This document shows positions 37,098 to 49,619 of a stretch of DNA of 64,000 bases, piece by piece. Every line of letters begins with the position of its first letter. Positions within the stretch are counted from its first letter, which is position 1. Location of the stretch: NCBI GenBank assembly GCA_010356995.1, contig ML996689.1:1010691-1074690 (forward strand), written 5' to 3'. Below the pieces are notes generated by a model. That model was not told the DNA's origin, did no database searches, and saw only the letters and a list, made by a program, of their open reading frames with translations. Origin of the DNA: Trichodelitschia bisporula (lineage: Eukaryota). The position numbers and the translations under genes were made by a program.

Positions 37098-38855
37098 ATG
37101 TCTATGATCACGGCTACACGATGGGTTCCGAAAGGGTACGCAACGCAATTTCCGACCAGATATGTGTTCGACGAGGATGAGTATGGGCGCATTGCGAAGC
37201 TTGCAAAGTTAAGGTTAGACGACGCGCAAGAGGAGCTGGCCGAAGCAGAAGCAGATGCCCAGGCTGCCTCAAGCCAAAGTGGAAAGGCAAAGAGCAAGAA
37301 AAAGTCATCATCGGCCGAGGGCAATGCCATGCAGACGCAAGAGTGGGTTAACTTCTCTCCATTCGTGAAGTTCTGATTCTGATAGCATGGAATTAGAGAT
37401 ATCGACGACGACCTCAAAGAGTATGACCTTGAGCACTACGACGACGATGCGGAACCCGAGGCGGATGCCGGCGCTACGATGGGCATGTTCGCAAACGTCA
37501 AATCACTTACCTATCACGATTCGAATGCCGAAGACCCCTACATCACCATCCAGGAGAACGAAGAGGAAGACGAGGAACGGGAGGAGCTTCAAATTCTTCC
37601 CACAGACAGCCTAGTTCTTGCTGCGAGGTTAGAGGACGAGGTGGCCCATCTCGAAGTCTATGTGTATGAATCCGGCGCGGACAACCTCTACGTACACCAC
37701 GACATTATGCTGCCCGCCATACCGCTCTGCGTTGAATGGCTCAACTTTGCCGTGGGGAAGCCTGCGTCTGGCAGTAATGGTGAGGGCAACGGTAACTTTG
37801 TCGCGATCGGCACTATGGACCCCGACATTGAAGTTTGGGACCTGGATATCGTCGACTGCATGTATCCGAACGCGATACTGGGGCAGGGAGCGGAGGAAGC
37901 GGATTCAGTGGACAAGCCGAAGAAAAAGAAGAAAAAGAAGCGGTCTAGGAAGCCCAACGACGCCTACCACGTTGATGCGGTCTTGTCCCTGGCTGCCAAT
38001 CGTGCCCATCGCAATCTGCTAGCGTCATCCTCGGCCGATGCCACGATCAAGCTTTGGGATCTGAATACCGCAAAGTGTGCAAAGTCTTACACTTACCATT
38101 CAGATAAGGTGTGCGCGGTGGAGTGGAACCCTCGGGAAGCCACCGTTCTTCTCAGTGGAAGCTACGACAGAACCGTCGTCGCTGCTGACATGCGTGCTCC
38201 CGATGCCAAACCCCCTACCTGGGGCGTGGAAAGCGACGTCGAGACTGTACGCTGGAATCCGCATGATCCAAACTACTTCTATGTGCGTTACATATACGCT
38301 GTGGATATATTCAAGCTGACAGGAACTTAGGCTACCACAGAAGGGGGCATTGTCTACTATCATGATGCACGTATGGCGCCAACTGATCCTTCAAAGACCA
38401 AGCCGGTCTGGACTCTCCAAGCCCACGACGAAGCCGTTTCTTCGTTTGATGTGAACCCTAACATTCCCGGCTTCCTCGCGACTGGGTCTACGGGCAAGGA
38501 GGTTAAGCTCTGGAATGTCCAGGCTAGCGGCCCGAGCATGGTGGTATCGCGCGACTTGGATGTGGGCAAGGTATTCTCGACGTCGTTTGCGACGGATCAA
38601 GACATTTGCTTCACTCTCGCCGTTGGAGGAAGCAAAGGAAAGGTTCAGCTCTGGGATACGTCGACGAACCTCGCCGTACGCCGCATATTCGCGGACCGGA
38701 TTCCATCGGGTACGGAAGAAGTCTCGGAGCGGCTTGTCGGTCTGGTGGAGTATAGCAGCGATTCCGAATCCGGTGAAGATCCGGGTTCGGACGATGAGGG
38801 AGGGGCCGAGATAGAAGGCGAGGACGAAGATGAAGACGAAGTGATGAAAGAGTAG
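37098..38855 (+). CDS. PWP1: Periodic tryptophan protein Pwp1 (WD40, ribosome biogenesis), 2 introns
   Basis: MSMITATRWVPKG; DDLKEYDLEHYD; NLYVHHDIMLPAIPLCVEW; WD repeats. Confidence 0.95.
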
Positions 38856-40491
38856 ACTACTAGTTCGAACAAAGCTGAGGCATCGGTTGGTGCGCTCGCA
38901 GCAATATCCGAGTTTGAGCCTGATGTGAGGGGAAGATGTTGTACTCTCGACGCACTGCACGACGTTTCCGGTTGCACAGGGAGTTCTTGTTCGACATACG
39001 TCCATATCCCTCGGGCAGCATAATGGCACCTTAAAGGGAATCTAAAACTGTTTCTCTCGAGTCTTCCGGTGTCTTGCCAATTACCAGAACATCGTAGATG
39101 CGTACGTTATTGATATCACAGGTCAGGTGGTACATCCGCCGGCTCTGGAAGTTCGGACGGCGGAGTACCGTACAGTAGCCGATGGCAAGACAGACGGAAA
39201 AGGAAAGCTCTCGCCATCACCACATCTCTACAACTTATAGACTGTGTCCAGGCTCCGCCGTACTGACCACTCGGAGTCCGCAGCCGATGTGGGAGAGGGC
39301 TAAAGGCTAGCGAATGTGAGAGAAACGTTGGGATGGACGGGGGGAAGCAGAAACATGGGCTGGGAGGGATGTGAAACGACGATGGCGCAGAATGGCACAG
39401 ATGTCGATTCTGACTCGCTGAGCACACCGAAGGAAAGGCGCGGGAACTGGCAGGTGGACGAACAGGCACTGGAACTACTGGAACCAATAGATGCTTTAGG
39501 ATGAGACGAGGTTTGCGCTCCCCACACACGCCACTACCCAAAACCGTAAGGGCTACCCGCTGAACGGCGCTTCCTCCACTTCCCCCTCCCATCGCCGCTT
39601 CCCCTCCTCAGACCCCTCCACGCCATTTTAGCCAGGAACGGCAGCCTCGACCGCCACTTCAGCCCCCGCGTTTCCCCTCTAGACTTTGGGAGATGCTTCT
39701 CGTAGGGGGTGTGTGCTTTGGTGGAAGGGTGTGGGGGGCTAGGGATGGGGGGTTCCTACCCGACGTTTCGTCCTGTACTCGTACCCTCTCTCTCTGCATT
39801 ACCGCCCCCCCCCTTCCCTTCCCTTCCTTTCCCTTATCCTCCGACGCCCACATCCTTTGGGGTTGCAGTTTCTGTATTTGCATCACCAAACTCTCCCTCC
39901 TGTGTTTCTATCTTGTCTGTTCACTGTATGCGACCTGGTTGTTCGCTCCTTACGACAGCTGGTGCTTTCCCCTCCTTTCCACTCTTTCACTTCGTTCTTC
40001 GACAGAACGATCCATTTCGCGCTTCAAACCGTTACGTCTCCGTTTGCTGCCAGTCAGCTGTCATACTCGCACATTCACACTCTCTCCGACGACGGTTGTG
40101 ACGTCTCGTCGCGTTTGACACGCCATATTTCACCTTCTGAGAAGGGTTTCACTCTGCGCCTCGCGCATCTTTATATTCTCTCGCCGAGCACGACCATTAG
40201 CACCTTGAAAGGCTGGCAAAACGAAACGCAAAACGCTACACCAAAACCGTTGCCCTCACACCTTTTTTTTCTGTCTCCAGCGCCTAGTCCAGACAATTGC
40301 GATCGGCCCCATAAACAGCCCAGGCGCAATCTATCCGGTAGTTGTCTTGTGCCAGGTTGAAGTGGCTCGCATCCATATCGCCAATCTACTTGTGGCACAC
40401 GACCCCTCCTTGGGAGATCACGTCCCACCCGTCAATTAAGCCCCAGACCCCCATAATAGACACATACCGGCGAGACGATACTATCTGAATC

Positions 40492-41343
40492 ATGTCCGTG
40501 GCGAGGGCATTCACTCTTCGCAGCAGGCGTCCCGACATGCCTACACCATCACCACTGCGAGCCAGCAGCATGAGGTCTTCGGGCAAAGGAATTGACAGGA
40601 GCTTGATCTCTCCTCCTGTCGCGCTCATATCGACGACGAACATGCTCTCTTACAACGCTCCGGACATCGCAACAGCGAAAACGCTTCGGAAGGCCTCGTC
40701 CTCGATATCCTCCGGATCATCGCGCAGCTCTGCTGACGATTCGGACGCCTCCACACCGTCTCACCGCTCTGGCGCAACATTTTCCTCTGTGTCATCGGTT
40801 TCCTCTTCTCCAGGCTCGTCGCCTACTGCACACAACTCGGTGGGCCCCTTTGTTTCCAAAAAGCCGTCCGTCTACCGATCCATATCGTCCGCTGAGCTTC
40901 GCTACAAGGCCAGGCCTACCGAAAAGTTACCAGAGGTGCCCATGCGCGCACCTTCGCACAGCAAGCAGGCTCACGAGCAGTTGGCACGGAAACGATCAGT
41001 CATGCAGTTTTCGGCACACAACAGCGTCCAGTCTGCTCGAAGTGTTCAGTCGGACCTTGACGTAACACGTGAGCATCGCACATCCCTTGACTTCTTCACC
41101 GGCGGAATCACCAACGGAACCGACGGAGCAATCGAATCTTCCCATCCCTTCGGCAGGGAGCTGGAGCAATTGGACGAGGTAGTGGAAGAGTTTGGAGGTG
41201 CGGTACGTGATGCAGAACGCGACGAGGATTTTGCGGCCATGAAGAAGCTCGGATTGGCCAAATTTTGCGCGGATGACTACATGAGGGAGCTCCGGCCGTT
41301 GTTTGTCGACATGTTCGAACCCCGTGTCACGACCTGGATCTAA
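40492..41343 (+). CDS. Conserved fungal hypothetical Ser-rich protein
   Basis: 283-aa ORF with ISPPVALISTTNMLSYNAPDI and HPFGRELEQLDEVVEEFG..GLAKFCADDY blocks that look conserved. Confidence 0.75.
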   Translation: MSVARAFTLRSRRPDMPTPSPLRASSMRSSGKGIDRSLISPPVALISTTNMLSYNAPDIATAKTLRKASSSISSGSSRSSADDSDASTPSHRSGATFSSVSSVSSSPGSSPTAHNSVGPFVSKKPSVYRSISSAELRYKARPTEKLPEVPMRAPSHSKQAHEQLARKRSVMQFSAHNSVQSARSVQSDLDVTREHRTSLDFFTGGITNGTDGAIESSHPFGRELEQLDEVVEEFGGAVRDAERDEDFAAMKKLGLAKFCADDYMRELRPLFVDMFEPRVTTWI

Positions 41344-42098
41344 CGCGGAGGATTTGCCATAAGGTCGGGGGACGGGTTCCCCGAGCCTCTATGGGTTGCT
41401 GCGCTCTGAACTGTCCTTTCCCTGTGAATATTGATAACCCCGTCTTCTTTCATTTCTCACATCATTTCTCGCTACCTTATGAGACTTGCGGCGGAATGGT
41501 ATGGCGTTACATGACGGAGGTTCGAAATATTTGGGATCACCTTCTAAAGATTAGCAGATGACTTGTTTGTCCATGTACTGGATCATGGCTAGGCTGAAAC
41601 GCAGAACCATGTGTCAAAGTAGTATAGTATGTGAAGAGGAAAATGGGACAATATTCGAGATGTTTCCGTGCCATCTCCACTATCAATCCGGTTACGACTC
41701 GCATCAGTCGTACTGTGGTACACCGCATGCCCGTTACCTGCTGCCTAAGGCAAGTGGTGGTAATCTTGGCAGCGGGGTGGCCGCCAAGCATCACTTGTTC
41801 GTCCCAAGTACCAGTACGGTGCACGCGGACACCTCGAAACTTTGACAACCATAACTTCTTCCACCCTCTGTAGAATCATTCTCATACTTCGACGTATTCC
41901 CCGCTCACCATTCTCTTCGACACCACCCACAACCTCCGGTGACCGTAAAGAGAGCGATTACAGCATTTCCAGTCACTTGTGGGCCCCGCAACCTGGATCC
42001 GCCCCTCGCCCCGCCCCTCCAATCGACTGTCAACAAACAAACCTCTGCGCCCGCGATTCTCCCCACACTCTTCACACCACCCAAGTTCCGTCACCAGC

Positions 42099-42610
42099 AT
42101 GTCCAACATGATGGACATTGACTTCACTCGTCGCAACAAGAAGCCTAGGCCGCTCAGCGAGTCGGAGCGCGCCAAGTTGGAGGAGTTCATCGACGCCATC
42201 CACTACTCGGCTAGGTAGAATTTGTTGACTTTTGCCGCCTTTTTCTCAGCGCTTACAAGCTCGCCAGATACTCCGATGACGAGTTCGAGTACCGCCACGT
42301 CCAGCTTCCCAAACAGATGCTCAAGGTCATCCCCAAGGAATACTTTGACGGCTCGCGTGGTACACTCAAGTTGCTCTGGGAAGATGAGTGGCGTGCCCTG
42401 GGTATCACGCAGGTACGTGATTTTACGTGTCTGGTTGTTGTGTATGATTGCTAACTGCTTGAAGAGCCTGGGCTGGGAGCACTACGAGGTGCATGAGCCG
42501 GAGCCGCACATTCTGCTCTTCAAGTATGTCCATTCGCGGTCGTATTGCGAGGCCAACAGTAGCTAACTACCAACAGGCGTCCCATTGACTACCAAGCCGC
42601 TGCTCACTGA
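42099..42610 (+). CDS. CKS1: Cyclin-dependent kinase regulatory subunit Cks1/Suc1, 3 introns
   Basis: [54 protein letters not shown]. Confidence 0.97.
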
Positions 42611-43051
42611 GCCCGCGCCAACTCAAGCCTGAAATCTGGCAGGAGCTATCATATGGCCAGCAGCTTGTCACGCTCAAAGGGGCTTGGAAGCTATCTTTCT
42701 TACCGTCTTCTCCGATCGTTGATGATGTCAGGCTACTGTGTGGGTATGCTGCAGTCCAGTAAACCGCACACACCATCCGGCTTGATAGTTAGTTGGCCTC
42801 CACGATCTTATGCTCGATGAAGCTATGTTTAGGTGTCCTTTTTCATTCGAGGAGTTCGGAGCCCGGAGGACTGTATCGAGGCGCTATTGTAGATAAAGAG
42901 ACAGGATGTCTTGCATTGCTAGCGTCATTGTCCGAGAGTGTGTCCGGAGGGATGTCATCAAATTCGGCAAAGGTCTGTGTCTCCAACGCTTGTCCATGAC
43001 GGGCCACTGGAAGTGGTGATTCAGTCGCGATTTCTCAATGAGACTGTCCTG

Positions 43052-44000
43052 TTACCAGAGAACTCTGCCAGTATCTTCGGTCCTGTTCTTCAAAAGGTCG
43101 ACCGAGTGAATTGTGTTGCCTATCTTGACTTTGACTGTATCGAAGTCAATGCGCATACCATTGACATTGCTTTGCGCAGCTCTTTGCCATAGGCGCTCAA
43201 CGCTGCCGGCGTAAGTTGGGAGTGCCAGGCTCCATGCTATGCTAAGGTGAAAGAAGGCAGAGTAGTCCGGTAAGGGGTCGGCATTGTCGTCCTCTTGCTT
43301 TGCGTAAAGTATGGGTTGGCCGCAAGCGATGGCGGTGGCATTGCAGGCACGGAGAAGACCATTCAGCTCGTCGGTCTCGGGCCGTGCTGTGCTCAAGGAG
43401 AGAAACCAGCGTGACCTGTCGTGGTTTGGATACCATGCGAGATTGGAAAGGGACACGGTAAAGGGTTTGACGGCGGTGCGGCGGATGGCTCGCGACAGCT
43501 TATCAAGGAAGTCGTGACGACCGTCGGTTTGGAGGGCTAACGTACGCGACAGCGAGATGTGGAGCGGGAGAGGGACGTCCAGGTCATTGTGGAGCAAGCT
43601 GTGAACTTGTTCTTCGGGCCGTAGGGGTTCTTCTGCGCCTGCAGCGGCAGCGATAAGGTCGGCGAGGACGACGGTTTCGGAGTGGGATGGGCGCCCTGGA
43701 GATTGTCAGTTAAATGCTGATGATGACAGCGGCGGCCCACGCCCACTTACACTCCAGGTACACATGGCTTGGCCAGTTGCCCTCGACGTGGGGGACCTGG
43801 CGCCTCCGTCCGCCATGCAGGTTTGGGTCGTCAATTGTGCTGATCCTCGCATTTGTCGAATAAAGATCGTGGAAGGCTTGCGGCAGGGCAGGTAAATCCG
43901 AGCCTGATTGAGCGCTGCGTTTGCGCTTGAGCTGCTTCGGCAGTGGGGGCGGTTCGTCATCGGCGGAGGAGTCCGAGTAGGCGACTAGGGGTGTGGACAT
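43052..44000 (-). CDS. USB1: U6 snRNA phosphodiesterase Usb1, 1 intron
   Basis: LVAYSDSS; DDPNLHGGRRRQVPHVEGNWPSHVY; two HxS motifs (LHISLS, FHLSIAW); KIGN. Confidence 0.93.
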
Positions 44001-44201
44001 GGTGTGAGGTGTTCCTGGATGCTTGTTCTGCTTTCAGGACGTTTCGATGTCGCAACAGGACGGGATCCAGTCGTCCATATCTCTTCATTGGCCAACAGCG
44101 CCTCTGATGCGTTATCAAATAAACTCAACAAGCTCGTGGCTCACGGACCTCAGGCAATCATTTAATTACCGTAGCATGTGGCTCCCAGCCATCTCCCCAC
44201 A

Positions 44202-44209
44202 TGACGTCA
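44202..44209. promoter_or_regulatory. CRE palindrome TGACGTCA in the USB1/PAL1 divergent promoter
   Basis: Perfect ATF/CREB-type site; additional ACGT cores at ~44247-44258. Confidence 0.35.
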
Positions 44210-44530
44210 CGAGATTAGAGCGGCTCCCTTCGCCCCTCGTACGCAACGTACGTAACGTAGCACCTCAATTCCCCTTTCAGAATACGGGAAACAGGCACTG
44301 GCAAGAAGACATTGGCAGGAAGGTACTGGCTTGCTTGACGTCTTGATCCTTGGTATTGTGGAAGCCATGGAATCCGTGGAAAAAGGCCACGACATGAATG
44401 ATCCACTCCCATCCACCCTTAAAACCATTTATCACTGTCCCTTCTTTCTCGTCTTCTCCTTCCTCCTTTCCCACCACCCCTAACCGCTTCGCCGCTTACT
44501 TCCTTGCGATTCACAAGTCAAAAAGTCACC

Positions 44531-45731
44531 ATGGCGATGGTAATGGACAGCGCACAGGTGCGTCATTTACCGCTGTAGTGTGCCCGCCGTGTTATCTCCG
44601 CCTCGCTCTAACCTCTCTTCCGTATGGCCAGGCACACAGCCACCTCTTGAATCCTCTGATGGGGCCGACCCCAAGCGATGAAACTGGCCTAGGGACACAT
44701 TTCCATTCGACTCTTGCACCCCGACCGGCATCCAATTCTCGCCCATCTCAATTCGATAACGCCGACATCTCGACCAAGATGCCTCTCCGTAAGCAGGTCC
44801 CGACCTCGTCCCAACAGGCTCGGACCACGCGGCATCGCTCTGTCAGCCAGCCGCAGCACATGTCACGCACCCTCGCCTCGGGCAGTACGGCGGGTGGAGC
44901 ATATCATGACAACTTCCCCCCCCAACGGGGTGCATCAAGCTCTAAACAGCCATCATCTAATATGTCCGACGCTCCCGTCCGTCGCGCCGCCTCGTTGAGT
45001 GCTCGTCCTTTGGACAGCATCCGTCAGGACCACAAGTCGGCGAATCGAGCACCTCACCTCCGCAAGCGGCACCTGCCTGGTCCGGACTTGATTGACCGGC
45101 TCGACATTGGGCCGGGAGGGCAGTACCACCATGAAGGGCCATATGATGCCACCCTTATTGCCCGCAATTTGTCTTGGAAACATAGCCCCATGGCTGCTGT
45201 GCAGGACAGTAACGCGGAGGCGCTAAAAGCGACGCCGCGGGAGAACATCATCGATGCGGTTGAGAAACACCGACCCCTTGATGGGGTCGCTGCGATTGCC
45301 CCTGGGCATCGGGACCAGTTCGGGCGTATGTACGACTACGAGGAGGGCTCCAACATGATGATCGATGCTGGCGGGAACTACAAACGCTGGCTTGGTGTGG
45401 TAAGCAAGGGACTCTACTACGAAACTAAGAGAACATTTCGTCTAACGTACCGTCCAAGGAGTACCATCCGGACGACATTGATGGTAAAGGCGAACCGTCC
45501 TTCACTATTGAACGTGCCCTTAAAGAGCATAAGAGACAAGGCGATCTTGGCGGCGGCCGGCGGTCCAGCATCGAGCTTCAGGAACACCAGCCGTCCGGCG
45601 CATGGGCCAAAACCTCAGCATATGACGAAGAGGAGGTGCAGCCGAAGCGGCACAGCAAGCGGCATTCCTTAGACGGTATCAAGAGGCGCATAGGAAGCAT
45701 ACGACGCCGGAAAGACCAGCCATCTCCATAG
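44531..45731 (+). CDS. PAL1: Pal1 cell morphology/endocytosis protein, 2 introns
   Basis: DLIDRLD..YHHEGPYDA..RN..PMAAV (Pal1 core); final exon EYHPDDIDGKGEPSFTIERALK. Confidence 0.85.
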
Positions 45732-46106
45732 GGGTTTGGTCATTTTCCTGCCTCCCTTGCCTCCTTCATTGTTCCGGTGGGGTTATCATGTCCCACTGGG
45801 TAGAGTTATCCTTCCACTCAGCGTGTTTTGGGATGTGGTGCGCCCTTTAATCCCGCAGAATCCTATTCATCATTAACGAAGCTGCAAATGTACACAGAGG
45901 TATATGCTTTTGGCGCTTATGACTCCCTTGTCATGATAGACTGGCACTTGGCAAATAGGAAATGAGGTTTTTCAATGCCAATTAAGACTACCTTTAAGGT
46001 ATTCAGACGATGCTCCACTCACAAGATGAATCAATGCCGTAGTTCGAGGGTACATCCAGAACCAGAATTACGGAACGCTCCAAACAGCCAGCTTTCTTGC
46101 TGCTGC

Positions 46107-47147
46107 CTATGATCTCGGCTTAAACATAGGTGCAGACTTGATATCCCGCTTCTTGCCCGTCGACCTCGGCAGCGCATCCGTACAGTCAGTCAAGGCATCG
46201 GCGCCGCCCGGCACGCCCAGCAACAGCATGCGGCTCATAGCATCGGCAAACTTTCCACTCCACTTTCCCTGATTATCCACAAACCCCTATCGCACATCAG
46301 CATCACATACTACACCTCATCCTGGCCAAACTCACCTTAAACTCCTTCCCGACCTGCACCTGCTTCGACAGCGCCAAATCCGACGCAAACCTGAAGTTGC
46401 CTGGCGGCGGTGGCTCCGCCAATGTCTCGCCGTAGAACTTGACGTCCCACACGCCCGGCGTGCTGTCCTGCGGCTTGCCCGCCTGCGCCTGGTCGACGAA
46501 GAATTGCTTGCTCGTTGTGTGCGCCCCGACCAGTGCGGCTAGGTCCACGGCGTCGAACCCCTTGTCCTGGAACAGCGCAAAGAGGCTGTCCCCTGATGCG
46601 TTGACGTCGGGCAGGAGACCGTCCGGGGCGGGGGTTGAGGAGTCTTTGCGCCCAATGTAGGTTTTGACTTGCGGGCCGCTCGGACAGGTTACGATTGCGT
46701 GGGCGCCGGCGAAGGCGATCATGTCTGCTACGCCGACGCTGCGTGTCTTGGAGAGGTCGAGGAGCTTGGCGGATATGGCTTGCAGGCCGTTGTTTTCTGC
46801 ACGGTTGTATTCTTGCGCGAGGATGAGGGAGCCGTCACAACCTCCTTTGGCGCCTTGGGCTTTGTTCCAGGTACCGCAGTCCTGGGGGTGTTAGTGAAGG
46901 TTGATGGGGGAGGAGGGGGAAGTACGTGGAAGGCAGCGCGGATAGCGGCGCGGGCATCGTCGTTGCATTGGCCATTGGTCAGGAACATCTTGGTTAGGTC
47001 TTGGGAGACCGTGGTCCATGCTGGGGGGCATTTGTTGCCGTTCTTGCGTGGGAAGAGGGAGGCGAGGCCGCGCTTGAGAGAAGTGAAGGGGAGCTCTAGG
47101 GCGTAGCCGGAGGCTACTAAGGCGAGGAGGAGGGTTGAGGAACGCAT
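46107..47147 (-). CDS. Secreted class II heme peroxidase (CAZy AA2-like, generic type), 2 introns
   Basis: Signal peptide; distal RAAFHDC; GGCDGSL; ENNGL; proximal GAHT; DSTPGVWD; FASD. Confidence 0.9.
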
Positions 47148-48248
47148 CGCGGAGATTAAAGGATAATAGAATTAGGATTAAATATGCTTCTAGAAGAATT
47201 GAGAGCGACGGCCTGCCGTGTTGGGGATGTGAGCTGGGCTGCTTTGCGCCGTCCTTTGGACCTTTATACACTGCAGGCTGAGGTCTGCAAGCTACTGCTT
47301 CGCTAGCTCCAAGCCGATGGAAGGGCCGTGGAAGCTTCGCTTTACGCTCTTAGGAATTTCCGTCTTGGCTGTAGGAGGATGTTTTCGAATCCGGCACGTG
47401 GAAGCAGAAGCTATGGCTGGCGATGAAAGCTTCGCAGCTTGGGGGCCGCGGAGTAGGCTGAGAAGTTTCTAAATCGGTCGTCCCAAACATCTGGATCTCG
47501 GTGTGCGGCAAGGTTGCGGGAGAAGCGTGACATGTTCTTCGATGATTTGCATTAAGGGTTGTGGCATATACTACAAGTTGGCGTTTGCGAAGAGCCTCAT
47601 CGTGACCTGTGATGCAGGCTCCTCGTCCGTGCATGCGGGTCTCATACTACTCCAACGGGGAACGGGGTTGTTGGAGCACTTTGCCACTAAAGCCGTATGG
47701 GGCGTATGCCGAGTCATGTTTGAGCTACGATCTGGATGTGATGATGTTAGCAGATCGTCGGAGGGGTTGGGGATATGTATGGATACGAATACGTGACTTC
47801 AGCGCCTAAAGACCGGAACCACACCGTACGGCGGCGGAATCCATTTGCTCAGAGAGTCAGAGAATGAAGAGATACGGTCAAAGCAGATTTGCTGAGCCAT
47901 ACCACTATGAGGTTCGTTTCTCAATGTTTTTCCGTCGAAGGCTGGAACTCGTGGCTTCCGACTGAAGTCGGGTGGTCGAGTTCCGGGCAACCTCTGACCC
48001 TTGGCAGGTAACAAACGACTCAGTCAAACCAGTGACGGTTTCGATTTGCCCCTCCCCCTAAATACTACTCTCTGCCATCGAAGTGCACACAGCAAGTAAC
48101 AAGAGAGATATTTACTATGGATACATTGAAACCCAGACCAAAGTTCTACCGTGACGACTCTCCACTTTCGCCTACCGCGACGCCAAAACTCCCGACCAAG
48201 TTCTCCGTCAACATAACCGTCAAACAGGCCGCCGATTAGGCATAACCA

Positions 48249-49607
48249 TCACGCATCCGAAACTGAGGGCTGCTCCATCTTTTCGAGAAACTCCTCCCAT
48301 GTCTCCACTGTCCCTTTGAAAAAGTCGATATGAGAATCGGCAAGACTGCCAAGTGTATCCTGCAGCTCGACAGACTTAATTCGCTCGAACTCTTCGACCT
48401 CGCTCACAGTACGGTCGTCAAACGATTCGCTTTGGATCTTCGCCTGCTCCACTTCCCTGGTCAAGCGCTGGATCTGGATCTCGAGTTTCCGTTGGCGGTC
48501 GCGTCGCGCTTGCTCGTGGTCGACACCCCGGACATCTTCGATTTTGCTGCGCAGGAAGCCGCCTGCTCCAGTGCTACCGTGCTGCGAAGCGAGCTGATCT
48601 CTGTCAGCAGCAGCTCGGGCAAGGTAGTCTGATAGTCCTTCAAAGTCTAGCTGCTTTTGCTCACGCGCCTTAAGCAGTGCTCGGAGAGCGGCGATGTATG
48701 CGGTCATGTCGCGCAGTGAACTGGCGTAGTCCAGACCGGTGTGGTCTCTAAGTGCCTTGAAGTTGAGGGATGTGGTTTCAAGAGATGACGCAAACGAGGT
48801 GAGTGGCTGCTCGACACCTGGTTCCAGCGTAATCAGCTTTCGGAATTGTGTGGCAAGGTCTCCGTAGTCCGTCTCCAAATCGCCTTGCCTCCGGGCGACC
48901 CTCGTCACAATCTTTTCCACATGACCCAAGTCCTCATCCAGCTTGTCGGCACGCTCTTTGACCTCTATGAAGCGCTTGTCCGGCTTATGAACCTTGGTGA
49001 AGGCATTCAGGAAGGTATCGGTGAAGTTATCGAACACGCCTGCGTTGCCTTGGTCAACCGTGGTTGTCTTAGCAACACGCCCGCGCATGGTTGCATGCCA
49101 TTCCGGGCTCTCGAGAAACTCAAGCAAGATTGAGGAACGGCGGAGTTCTGGATGAAGTGTTATACGCTTTAGGAACCGGTGCAGCGAGTGCGATCGGCGC
49201 AAGGTGAAATCGGCACCGAATCTGTCTCCGCGGACGTAGGCCATGTTGTGTTTCTCAGGAAGCGGTGGTACAGCAACAGCGGCATATTGAGTAGTGAGCG
49301 ATTCGTAGAGGAAGACAAAGTCGCGAAAGCGTCTGCGGACTTTGGTCTCGGGGCGCTGAAGCCTAGATTTAGTGATACTGCGATTCCGATGAGGACCGGC
49401 AGCCTACCTGAAAGGTTGGGAAATTGGTCTATCAAGCGTAAGCTTCTATCGCGCGGTTCGAGAAGAGCTTCTAAAAGCTGCGCGAGGCGAACATACCCGT
49501 GTGGTGACCAAGTACGAGATGTAAACGTCCTTGGTGCCCTCATTCTCCTTCAGCGGCGAGTCGACCGTACACTCAAGCCGACCATCGCCGAAGTCCTGAG
49601 GATGCAT
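48249..49607 (-). CDS. SNX4: Sorting nexin-4 (Atg24), PX-BAR, 2 introns flanking a 21-nt microexon
   Basis: PLKENEGTKDVYISYLVTT/TNFPTFQ/RPETKVRRRFRDF..VPPLPEKHNMAYVRGDRF; BAR KAREQKQLDFEGLSDYL. Confidence 0.93.
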
Positions 49608-49619
49608 GGCTGAATGGTA

